Below are positions 41,729 through 53,255 of a stretch of 64,000 nt of DNA, in pieces. The notes beneath the pieces are model-generated. The model saw only the letters and a list, made by a program, of their open reading frames with translations. It was not told where the DNA came from and searched no databases. How positions within the stretch are numbered: position 1 is the first letter of the stretch; each line of letters opens with the position of its first letter. A program made the translations under genes and the position numbers. The stretch is from assembly GCF_009914755.1 (NCBI RefSeq), contig NC_060944.1. One strand, written 5' to 3'. This stretch comes from the human T2T-CHM13v2.0 reference genome, Homo sapiens.

Positions 41729-44700
41729 CTCTCAAAACCACATGATTATATAGAAACTTACTCCTGAATGACTTTTCAGTAAGCAAAACAACTAAGGCAA
41801 AAATAAAAAAAAAATTATTTGAAACAAATGAAACTAAAGACAGAATGTACTTTAGTACATTCTGAATGGGAACCTCTAGAATGGGGAAAAAGCAGTGTTA
41901 AGAGGAACGTTTATAGTGCTAAATGCCTACTTCAAAACGTTAGAAAGATCTTAAATAAACTAATGCTGCATCTAAAGAAACTAGAATTAAAGAGCGAATG
42001 AATCCCAAAGCTAACAAAGAAAATAAATAACTAAAATCAGAGCAGAACTAAATGAAATTGTGACCCAAAAACATATAAAGGGTCAATAAGGTGAAAACTT
42101 TGTTTTTTTAAAGGATAAATGGGAATAATAGACCAGACCACTCACTAGATTAACAAAGAAAAAAAGAGAGATGATCCAGATAAGTATAATCAGAAGAAAC
42201 AAAGGTGACATTACAACCAATCTTACAAAATATAAAATATCCTCAGAGACTACTATGAACATCTCTATGCACACATGCTATGAAATCTAGAAAAAACTGA
42301 TAAATTCCTAGAAACACACAACCTCCCAATATTGAACCAGGAAGAAATAGAAACCCTGAAAACACCATTAATGAGTTACCAAATTGAATTAGTAATAAAA
42401 AACCTACCAACCATAAAAAGCCCTAAACCAGCTAGGTTCACATCCAAGTTCTATCAAATGTAAAAAGAAGAGCTGGTACCAATTCTACTAAAAATATTCC
42501 AAAAACTTGAGGAGGAAGGATTCCTCCCTAACTAATTCCACAAAACCAATATCATCTTGATACCATAATCTGGCAAAGACACAACTAAAAAGAAAGCTAC
42601 AGGCCAATATCCCTGAAGAACATAGACACAAAAATCTTCAACAAAATATTAGCAAATCAAATTCAGCCACACATCAAAAAGATAATCCACTGTGATCAAG
42701 TAAGCTTTATTCCGGAATGCAAGGATGGTTCAACATATGCAAATCAATAAATGTGATTCACCTCATAAATAGAATTAAAAACAAAAATTGTATGATCATC
42801 TCAGTAGATGCAGAAAAATGATTCAATAAAATCCAACATCTCTTCATGTTAAAAACCCTCAACAAAGTATGAATCAAAGGGAACTCTTAAAATATTAAGA
42901 GTCATCTATGGCAAACCCACAGGCAATATCATACTGAATAGGCAAAATGTGAAGCATTCCTCTTAAGAACTGGAATAAGACAAGGATATCCACTCTCATC
43001 ACTCCTATTCAGCATAGTACTGGAAGTCCTAGCCAGAGCAATCAGGCAAGAGAAAGAAATAAAAGGCATCCAAATAAGAAAAAGAGGAAATCAAATCATC
43101 TCACTTTGCTGAAGGTATGATTCTATATCTAGAAAACCCTAAAGATTCTGCCAAAAGACCCTTAGACTTGATAAACAACTTCAGTAAAGTTTCAGGATAC
43201 AAGATCAACATACAAAACCATACACCAATAACATTCAAGCTGATAACCAAATCGATAATACAATAAAATTTACAATAGCTACAAAAAATAAAATACATAG
43301 AAATACATTTAACCGAGGAGATGAAAGACCTCTATAAGAGAACTACAAAACACTGCTGAAAGAAATCATAGATCACACAAACAAGTGGAAAAATATTTCC
43401 TGCTCATAAATTGGAAGAATAAAAAATTATTAAAATGTCTATACTGTTCAAAAGTGATCTATATTCTCAATGCAATTCTATCAAATTACCAACATCTTTC
43501 TTCACAGAATTAGAAAAAAACTATTCTAAAATTTGTATGAAACTGAAAGGAGCCCAAATTGCCAAAACAAACCTAAGCAAAACGAACAAAGCCAGGGACA
43601 CCACATTACCTGACTTCAAGCTGTACTATAAGGCTACAGTAACCAAAACAGCATAGTACTTGTACAAAAATAAACAAAAAGACGAATGAAACAGAAAAGA
43701 GAACCCAGAAATAAAGCCACATATTTACAACCAACTGACTTTTGACAAAGTCAACAAAAGTAAACAATGGGAAAGGATACCCTATTCAAAAAATGGTGCT
43801 GCTGAACCTGGCTAACCATATGCAGAAGAATGAAACTCTATCCCTACCTCTTGTCATATACAAATATTAACTCAAGATAGATTAAAGACTTAAATCTAAG
43901 ACCTGAAACAATCAAACTTCTAGGAGAAAAACTAGAAAACATTCTTCTGGACATTGGCCTAGGCAAATAATTTAAGTCTTTAAAAGCAAATGCAACAAAA
44001 GCAAAAATTGGCAATTGAGACCTAATTAAACTAAAAAGCTTCTGCACATCAAAATAAACTATCAACATAGTAGACAGACAACCTACAGAATGGGAGAAAA
44101 CATTTCCAGACTATGAATCTGACAAAGGACTAATATCCAGAATCTGCAAGAAACTTAAACAAATCAACAAGAAAAAAAATCCATTAAAAAGTGGGCAAAG
44201 GACATGAACAGACACTTCTTAAAAAGAAGACATATAAGCAGCCAACAAACACAAAAAAATGCTTATCATCATGAATCATCAGAAAAAATGCAAATCAAAA
44301 TCACAATGAGATATCATCTCACAACAGTCAGAATGGTTATTACTAAAAAGTCAAAAAATAACAGATATTAACAAGGTAGCAAAGAAAAGTAATGCTTATA
44401 CACTATTGGTAGGTATGTAAATTAGTTGAGCCACTGTAGAAAGCAGTTGGATATTTCTCAAAGAACTAAAAATAGATTTATCATTCAACTCAGCAATCCT
44501 ATTACTGGATACATACCCAAAGGAAAATAAATCATTCTACCTAAAAAACACCTGCAGTCATATATTTATCACAGCACTATTCACAATAGCAAAGACGTGG
44601 GAACCAACCTAGTGTCTTGTCAGTGGTGGACTGGATAAATAAAAGGTGGTGCATATACATGATGGAATACTATGCAGCCATAAGAAGAATGAAATCAATC

Positions 44701-45014
44701 CTATACTTTACAGCAACATGGATGCAGCTTGTGGCCATTATCCTAAGTAAATTTATGAAAAAACAGAAAACCAAATACTGCATGTTCTCACTTATAAGTG
44801 AAAGCTAAACATTAGTACATGCAGACATAAAGATAGAAACAATAGACACTGGGGACTCCAAAAATAGGGGAGGAAGGGAATGGGGCAAGGGTTGAAGAAC
44901 TATTTATTGAGTGCTATATTACCTATTTGGGCAATGGGATCAATAGAAGCCCAAATTTCAGCACCACGCAATATACCCAGATAACAAATCTGCTCATGTA
45001 CCGCTGAATCTAAA
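41729..45014 (+). mobile_element. 5'-truncated L1PB4-like element with degraded ORF2
   Basis: ORF2 homology throughout ('ctggaagtcctagccagagcaatcaggcaagagaaag'); 3' end 'agaagcccaaatttcagcaccacgcaatatacccagataacaaatctgctcatgtaccgctgaatctaaa'. Confidence 0.88.
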
Positions 45015-45022
45015 TTTTTTTT

Positions 45023-45614
45023 TTAGAAAAGTTGAACATATACTAACTATATAGCCCAGAAACTTCACTCCTCAGTAGCTTCCCAAGAGAAACAATGACT
45101 CATCCTCATTCAAAGACTAAAATGTAGAGACATTAATCAAAGACTAAAAGGTGAAGACACCAATGTTTGTAGCAATTTTATTCATTAGTTAAAAATGAGG
45201 GAAGTCCATCAACTGGGGATTGGATAAACATCTTGTGGCAAACCCTTCAATGGAATACTATACAGCAATTTAAAGGAAAAGACTACTGATGCATGCATAA
45301 CATAAATGAATCTCAAAGCTCTTATGCCAAGTGGAAACATTTAGGCACAAAAGTCACGTGTGATTAATGCCCAGAACTGGCAAAATTATTGAGACCTAAA
45401 ACAGATCAGTGGTGGCCTAGGGCTGGGAATGGGCAATAAGACTGACTGCTAAGGAGCAGGAAGAATGTTTTGGGGTGAGGGAAGGAACTGAAAACCAGAT
45501 TGCAGGGATGGTGGCTGTGTGACTAAAACTCATGGGACTATACACTTAAAATGAAAAAAAAAAATATGCTATGTAAATTATCACTCAAAATAGATGCTTT
45601 ACAAAGTTAAAAAA
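45023..45614 (+). mobile_element. L1ME-type 3' half
   Basis: 'ttagaaaagttgaacata...aatggaatactatacagcaatt...acagatcagtggtggcctagggctggg...tgtaaattatcactcaa' followed by A8. Confidence 0.8.
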
Positions 45615-45962
45615 AAGACCTTTGTTCTAAAGGAAAAAAGAGAATATGATTCTGGTAATAACAAAGATACAGGATGGTGGAAGGTTTTCTATTTTACTAT
45701 TTTTAATAGGATATATTCGAGTGTACTTATAGGTTAGGAAGAAGAAGAAGGAGAAAGAGAATCAAAACGCAGACAACAGAGCAAATAATGGAGAAAATGT
45801 GGGGTGGGAACAGGACCCACAAGGCAAATTTTAGAGGTGGAGCTTCAGCACAAGATGCTCCCTCCTCTGCACTGAAAGGGATAACATTGATGAAGTTTTT
45901 GTTGTCTTTTCAGTAAAAAAGAAGCAAGGCTACCTACTGCAAGTGACATCAGTGATGAGCAG
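45607..45962 (+). repeat. Inverted repeat, arm 1 (L2-derived sequence)
   Basis: Reverse complement of 49366-49723; I counted ~11 substitutions and two 1-bp homopolymer indels. Confidence 0.97.
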
Positions 45963-46700
45963 GTGGATAGGTGAGAATGACATTTGAAATATCCTTGTGG
46001 GTTACTGAGAAAGCAAGCAAGCTAGTTGTGTAAAATAACTTTCAAACCAAAATGAAGACTCATTGGAGATTGGAAACCACAATCTGTAGCAACAATGGTC
46101 TACAGAGTTAAATGATTTTCTCCAGGGGCATTTATCAGCTACATTTTTTGTAAGGGTATAATGAATGGCTAGATTGATGCTAATTTGCAAGGCCATGAGG
46201 ATGTTGAAGCAACCAAAAACAGAACATAAACACTGCACTCTAGAGAGGTGGGCTATCAAAGGAAGGAAAGAGTTCACTGAAGAAAAAGAGAAGGGTTGAG
46301 GAATTGAATTCTCAGGGTATCCAGAAAACCTATGTATAGGGAGCAAGGGAAAAAAAGAAAAAAAACATGCAGGGATAATTATGGTCAGAAATTGAAAATT
46401 GAAATTTAGGATTTCCCAACAAGTGCCCAGGTCTGGAGTATGATCCTGAGAGAGAGTGGCTCAAGGGGTTGAATGGAGATTGTTGGAGTATAATAAGTCA
46501 GGAAGCTTTCCACATGGATAACAAAGACAACCAGGATGATTGTTCAGCCTAAAAGGAGTGAAAAGAAAGACAGTAAGTCAGGTACCAATGCTTGAGCAAC
46601 AATGGAGTACAACAGCTACATGGAGGACCTCAAGGAAGAAATGCTTCCTAAAGGTAGAAGCAAAAGGATCTATAGGTAATAAAAGGCATCAAGACCTTTG
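45615..46700 (-). mobile_element. L2 fragment continuing from 41670-41728
   Basis: Antisense L2-like sequence appears to read through the 15-bp TSD ('taatctttccaagatctttgttcta|aaggaaaaaagagaa'). Confidence 0.55.
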
Positions 46701-49365
46701 TAAACATTTCTCAACCTCCCCTTGTCTCTTGACTCTGCTAGTTATGGTTACCTGGCCAGATCAGCAAAAGAATCAGGTGTCACTAAAAAGCAAGTTGAAC
46801 AAGATTAAGAATTGCTGCTAAACGAAATTATCATGAGAAATACACTGGAGACGGTGCAATAAAAGAATTCAAGTCAGCCACAAAAGTGTACCTGCCCAAA
46901 TGCCTAGGGCCAAGACAAAAATCAGGATGGGCACAACAGAAAGCAATCAAGATACCAGGGCCAAATCAAAGAGAGTAGCTCCTTTTAATTCCAATTTTTA
47001 TGTACATGTATACTTAGGGGAGCTCCCTATTGAATTGGCTGTGTACTACAAGCTTAATGGCGTGATAAATAGAAAGATGCAAAGAGGCAAGAATGGATGA
47101 GCAGGGGTCGTTCTGGGCAATGTAAAGGGACCAGTTCAAAGCCTGTTCCAGAATGACTTGGCCCACTAACCGTGGTAGAGAAGACCATTTGGAGTGGTCA
47201 AAGCACTGGCCATTGACTGCTCTGCTTTGCATTTGCCTGTGAGCACAGCACAGAAGTCTTTGCAATAGATGGCTCATCCTCATTCTCAGAATGTTTCCTG
47301 CCTTACTTTCTTCTCTAACAACAAATGTTCAATGCTTTCCAGCCCCTGTTGTGTGTTACATTAGGGCACCATGAAGACGCTTCTTGTTTATTATCTCTCT
47401 CCTCTGTCTTCCTGCTCCTTATTCCCCTTTCTTTAAAGGCAGACTCTTTCTTGGCAATTTTTTTATCTCCAAGCTTGGAGCCCCTCCCTATTTCCTCTGC
47501 CTCTTTACTCCTCATATGTACTTTTAACAAATCTATAGGGTGCCTTCAAACTAAGATACTTTAAAAAATAATTGCTACATTCCTCTAATCTTCCTGAGCA
47601 CAAATTCTAGGCATCAGCTGCCTGACTATACACAGAAAGTTATTTTAGGGTGCAAATTTGGGACCATTGTGAAATTCCAGTGGCTATGCACAGGTTTCCT
47701 CACAGCTTTCTGATATTTAAGTTTTTTAGGCAGGATTGTCTGAAGCTGTGTAGCTTAAGGGCCTTTGAGTAATAATTATCATCATGGCTTTACCTCTAAT
47801 GCCCACTGTAAGAGCAAGATCATCTGAATCTTTCTTTCTATAGAATAGAGAGCACAAAAATAAGCAAACTTGAAGAGCTGTGATCATAAAAGCTAACTAA
47901 ATACTGCCATGAAACAGCTAGGATTTGGATGCAGAAACAGAGTGCCAGAGAAACACTAAACAAAATGACATACCACAGTTAGGATCTCAGGAATTGAGAA
48001 GATGGACCTGTCTGGCAGCTGAAAACATTGATGTCCATCATTAATGCAGAGTCAGGACTTCCCAGAGACGAAATTCTTCTGCAGGAAAAAGGGTGCAACC
48101 ATCAGCCTCTGCCCTTCCTCCATGTGAGATCTCTTTCTCAGTCTCCAGGGAAGCAATGTCCTTTTGCTTCCTACTAAATACCTGGACCTCTCCATCCCTA
48201 TATTACCCACTCCAGAGCAATTTGCACAGTGCTCCACACTTTCCCCTAATTCCTTCTCTTCAAATTCTGTCTTACGTGCAAACTTCCAGGATTTAGCTGT
48301 CCGCTGGATGACGATAGATAGTGAGTGGATTAATAAAAGCTATACTCCTAGCAAAATGTTTTGTTAGATCTCAGTAGCAATGCCTCAACTGTACAAATGT
48401 GCAGACTTTCATAATTGCCCTTAAGTATTCACTAATCCTGGAAATTTCAAGCAAAGTAGCTATCTCTCTGTGTGGAGAAAAGATGTTAAGTTATTTGAGG
48501 TTTTCAGCATGCTGAAGTTTACATTATAAAAGGAATTGCTAATTCCACCTACACCCTTGAAGGAGGGCCATCCATTAACAAGAGAAAGCAATACCTTAGG
48601 GCAAAGTTTCTGCCTATCTGCAAGGGAATATACCAATTACTAAGACAACTTTATCCCCTACATCCAACTAAGCCGTTTTTGATCTTGATCCAACTCCTTA
48701 ATATTTTAGGTAATGCAGATAAAGTCAATTTTCGACTATCCATGGGTGGATTATCTGCAAATCTGGATTTTATCTTCTTGTGTTGATCTTGTCATCTGTT
48801 TTGTTTATCTAAGCCCTTTAAAAGCACTATTGTTGCTTCTGTTTACTCTTATTTCCTGCATGCAGTAATGATAATTCCCTATATTTGTTTGGCATTTTAT
48901 GGTTTGTGAAATATTTTCACATGCATTCTCTCATTTTGATGTAGCCTCCGTTAATCCAAAGTAGGAAGGGGAGTCTTTGAAACCATAGCATTTTGTCATC
49001 AAATTATTTTCTTGGGAAGGTATATGCTAACATGTTGGAAGTTGATTAAGAAACAAAACAAAACATATCTGAGATCATGTTGGTCGTTTGCACAGGCCTA
49101 CGTGGTGCCAGTGATTATACCAACATCAAATGGGGTAAAAGGAGGAGATAACCAGATAGAAGATCACCAACTGACAGTTGCTCATAGCACTGTTCTACTG
49201 TAAGGCTCAAATCCTAGAATATCAGCCACATTCAAAGGCAAGGCCAAACTCACATTTAAGAGTGAGTTTATACCTCTATATTGATGATCAATTGATTTTT
49301 AACACAAACAACTAAGCAAGTCAACAGGAACAGCGATTTTTTTTTCTACTATGGTGCTGAGACAT

Positions 49366-49723
49366 CTGCTCTTCACTGATGTCACTTGCAGTAGGTAGCC
49401 TTGCTTCTTTTTTACTGAAAAGACAACCAAAACTTCATCAATGTTATCCCTTTCAGTGCAGAGGAGAGAGTATCTTGTGCTGAAGCTCCACCTCTATAAT
49501 TTGCCTTGTGGGTCCTGTTCCCACCCCACGTTTTCTCCATTATTTGCTCTGTTGTCTGCGTTTTGATCTTCTTTCTCCTTCTTCTTCTTCCTAACCTATA
49601 AGTACACTCAAATATATCCTATAAAAAATAGTAAAATAGAAAACCTTCCACCATCCTGTATCTTTGTTATTACCAGAATCATATTCTCTTTTTTTCCTTT
49701 AGAACAAAGATCTTTTTTTTTAA
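49366..49723 (-). repeat. Inverted repeat, arm 2
   Basis: Reverse complement of 45607-45962. Confidence 0.97.
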
Positions 49724-50388
49724 GCCAAACATGAACTTAGACCCTTACCTCCTATCACAAACAAAAATTACCTCAGAATAGATCAGAGACCTAAATGCAT
49801 TAGGTAAAGCTATAAAACTTTTAGAAGAAAACATAGAATAAAATATTTAAGACCTTGAGTTAGATAAAAATTTCTTAGATATGATATTATGTCTATGATA
49901 TTATGTCAAAAGCATAATACATACAAAACTTGATAAATCGGCTTTCACTGAAATTCAAAACTTTTCTGTTTTAAAAGACACTGTTAAGAAAATAAAAACA
50001 CAAGCCATAGACTGAGAAAAAAATTTACATATCATATATCTGATAAAAATTTATCCTCAAAATATAAAATGAACTCTTATAGCCCAGTATACAAGGTAAA
50101 CAACCAATTATGAAATGGGCAGAAGACTTTAATAAACATTTTACCAAAGAAGATATACAAATGTCTAATAGCACCTGAAAAGATGCTCAACATTATTAAT
50201 TATTAGGGAGATGCACATTAAGACCATTATGAGTACCATTTCACCTCCACAAGAATGGCTATGATTTTTTAAAAAGATAAATAATAACAAATGTTAATAG
50301 GATGTAGAGAAACAGGAGCTTTATATATTAGTGATGTTATGTAACATAAAATGGAACAGCCACTTTGAAAAACTATTAACAGCTCTTA
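49722..50388 (+). mobile_element. L1ME-type ORF2 C-terminal fragment (5' half of the piece at 45023)
   Basis: 'atgaacttagacccttacctc...aaaacttttagaagaaaacatag...aaaatggaacagccactttgaaaaactattaacagctctta'. Confidence 0.8.
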
Positions 50389-52913
50389 CTGACACATGAT
50401 CGAAGGCTGGAGGTAGAGAGGAGAGACTGGAAATAAAAGGTATCCTGTCCTCCCTGTGACAGATGCTATAAGAGAAGGATGATAGGACTCATCTGTCTAT
50501 GCTCACTTGGAATTCCACAAACTCCCTTTATACAACCACCTAGAGGAATGGGTACCCTTTAGTCTTACATTTGCATAGCTTAAGGGAACAAATTTGGTGG
50601 CTGTTCTTGGAAAAGTTGAGTTTTTTTCAACTACATTGACTTGGCGACTTAACTCTAGAAAGAGTAGCCTCTAACAACCTTAAATAACTAAAAATACAAT
50701 GCAAAATAAACTCTCTGCTTGACTGAACATTCTGATTCTATGATAATATCTCTACCTCCTTAGCTTCACTCCAAGACTTTGTTTCCTAAAGTTCATAGGC
50801 AAGGCTTATTCTTGCAGCTTTACAGAAACTAAGCCCAAATGAAGAGCTTCTGAACCATTCCCTACTCTAAACAGCCATTCCTGCCTGTTTGTTTGGAGGA
50901 GCTTACAGCCTCATTGGCCAGAGCATCCGCGCAGGGAAGGGAGCTATCAGCATGAAGGATGGATGCTGTGTCCTGGCTACAGGACGGCTTCAGCATAATT
51001 ATCCTGCCTGGGACTTTGCCCATTATATTATAATGAATTGCTTTGGAGGAAAAGATCAAATGGTGGAGAAATCCTCAAGAGAAAGAATACATCTGTTAAA
51101 AACTCCCACCAAAAATGTTATAAAGTGTTTTTGTTTACTAAATCTTTCAAGTCTGAAACTGGTTCAAGTATAACTTAGCAGCTTGTTGTGAGAAAAGAGA
51201 GAAAGGAAGACCACATAATCCACCAAAACTAATTAAAAATAATACACACACATAGAATGGAATTATAGATGATTTTGTGCAGCATAAATGTATAAAACAT
51301 GTTTATAAATATTGATACACATGTTAAGATTGTCTCTGTGTATGCATTTAAGACAAAAAGATTCCAAAAATGCATAAAAGTGTTCTATACATGAGCACAT
51401 GTGATCCCAATTTAGGGTTATTTCTAAAAGGTTTTAATTCTTGGCTTTGTACTTGATTGCAAGAGATTCAAATGAACAAATTTGGTGGAAGTCCTGGGAA
51501 TTCTCTCTGCTCTTCAGCAACTACTCTCTAATTTTCAGCAATTACATTTTTATCACCCATTGTGATCCTATAACATTAAATGTGCATTAGAAAAGGAGAG
51601 GAAAAAGCCTGTAATTTCACAAGCTTTGGGGATCACAGGTTGGGCACCTGCTTTATTACACATACAAGGAATTGATGCTAAATTTTATTCCTCGAAATGA
51701 TTCTGATTACAGGTAGAATGTAATAGAATTTTCTATCCTGTGACTACTCACAGGATAAAAAATACACATATAATACTTACCATGAAACACCAAATGTGTA
51801 TTTGCTGGAAGGGACATGCAGAATACACATACAGTACTCAGCGTGAAACACCAAATGCACATTTGCTGGAGTTGAGAAATCAGGCTGGAATTTGTAGGAC
51901 GTAGAACAATTGCTCTACAAACCCATGACCAAGATGACTGATCCTAAACACGTTCTCAAGAAGCCACAAGAGCCTTCCTTTCCTCTCCTGTGTCTTATCC
52001 CTTTCCTCCTCTTGCCCCCTTCCCCACTATGCAAAAAGACAAATAGTTATTTAGATCTCCCACAAAAGCCCAGGAAACTGGACAAAGGGTGACAGGCTTG
52101 GGGCAGGAAGGGGGAAGCCCCTGCCACAGAGTTGCAAATAGGTCTCTTTTTCTTGGGTTTGCATAGAAAGTCCTCTGAATGAGCTTGCTGTGGCCTGCCC
52201 CTTACCTTCTCATAGATTGTTAATATAGGCAGTAGGAAAAGTACACACAGAACGGTTTAGAGGGAGAAGGGAGGACTCTGGGAAATTTACTAAAAAATTA
52301 ATGGATCTCCGTCTGGTGCAGTAAAGGCAATTCTTGATTGTTTGCACCAATGCAGTGAGCAGATTATCAAGGCACAGACAAGGTTTCCTTAGTCCGAAAC
52401 ATAGAGAACTCCGGAGGCCCTTATCAAAACCATTTCCCTCCTGGTTTAGCGACTGATTATGGCTTTAACTGCATCATCTCCATCAGCAATGGCAGGCCAA
52501 GCTGCTGCTAGGAGCAAAAGCTAAGGCTGGTTTTCCTGCAAAGCAGAAATACTTGTCATTTCACAGGGGCCTGGTATCTGAGTCTCATTCAGCCATCTTG
52601 TTTCCTGTGAGGCCCAGGCTGTATGGACCTGGGCTTATTACTGGGCTTATTTGTGTTTTGGTTTGAGAATAGGATTGAGCGTGTGGTAATCAGATGATGC
52701 TCTCTGCAAACCGCCTGGGGCAGAGCAGCTAGAGTTCTGAGGGAAGCCTCCAGCTTCATCCTTCGGGAACTCCCCTTAAGTCCCGTAGCTCCCTCCCTGC
52801 TCCTACCTTTGGCCTGAGAATTCTCATGCTGCTCCTTAGAATTCTAAAGACTCATGATGTCTGGCACTCTGCTAGGCTGGACCTTCACTTTTGAGACGGA
52901 TTCAAAGGTAAAT

Positions 52914-53255
52914 TTTGTTTTGTTTTGTTTTGTTGATATGGAGTCTCACTCTGTCGCCCAGGCTGGAGTGCAGTGGCGCAATCTCGGCTCACCGCAAGCT
53001 CCGCCTCACCGCAAGCTCCGCCTCACCGCAAGCTCCGCCTCCCTGCAAGCTCCGCCTCACCGCAAGCTCCGCCTCCCGGGTTCACGCCATTCTGCTGCCT
53101 CAGCTTCCCGGATAGCTGGGACTACAGGTGCCCGCCACCACGCCCGGCTAACTTTTGTATTTTTAGTAGAGACGAGGTTTCACCTTGTTAGCCAGGAAGG
53201 TCTTGATTTCCTGACCTCGTGATCCGCCTGCCTCGGCCTCCCAAAGTGCTGGGAT
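52914..53255 (-). mobile_element. 5'-truncated AluY with an internal 17-bp tandem repeat
   Basis: AluY diagnostics 'gcaagctccgcctcccgggttcacgccattct'; (TTTTG)n tail; TSD aaagg(t/c)aaat at 52904 and 53256. Confidence 0.92.
52988..53072. repeat. Minisatellite, 5 x 17 bp (ctcaccgcaagctccgc)
   Basis: Units start at 52988, 53005, 53022, 53039 (variant ctccctg) and 53056. Confidence 0.95.

Noticed and set aside
45607-49723. Inverted repeats as TIRs of a DNA transposon
   Set aside because: The arms are L2-derived, arm 1 is colinear with its flanks, there is no transposase remnant in the spacer, and there is no TSD outside both arms.
52988-53072. CRISPR-like array
   Set aside because: No spacers; contiguous tandem units within an Alu in eukaryotic DNA.
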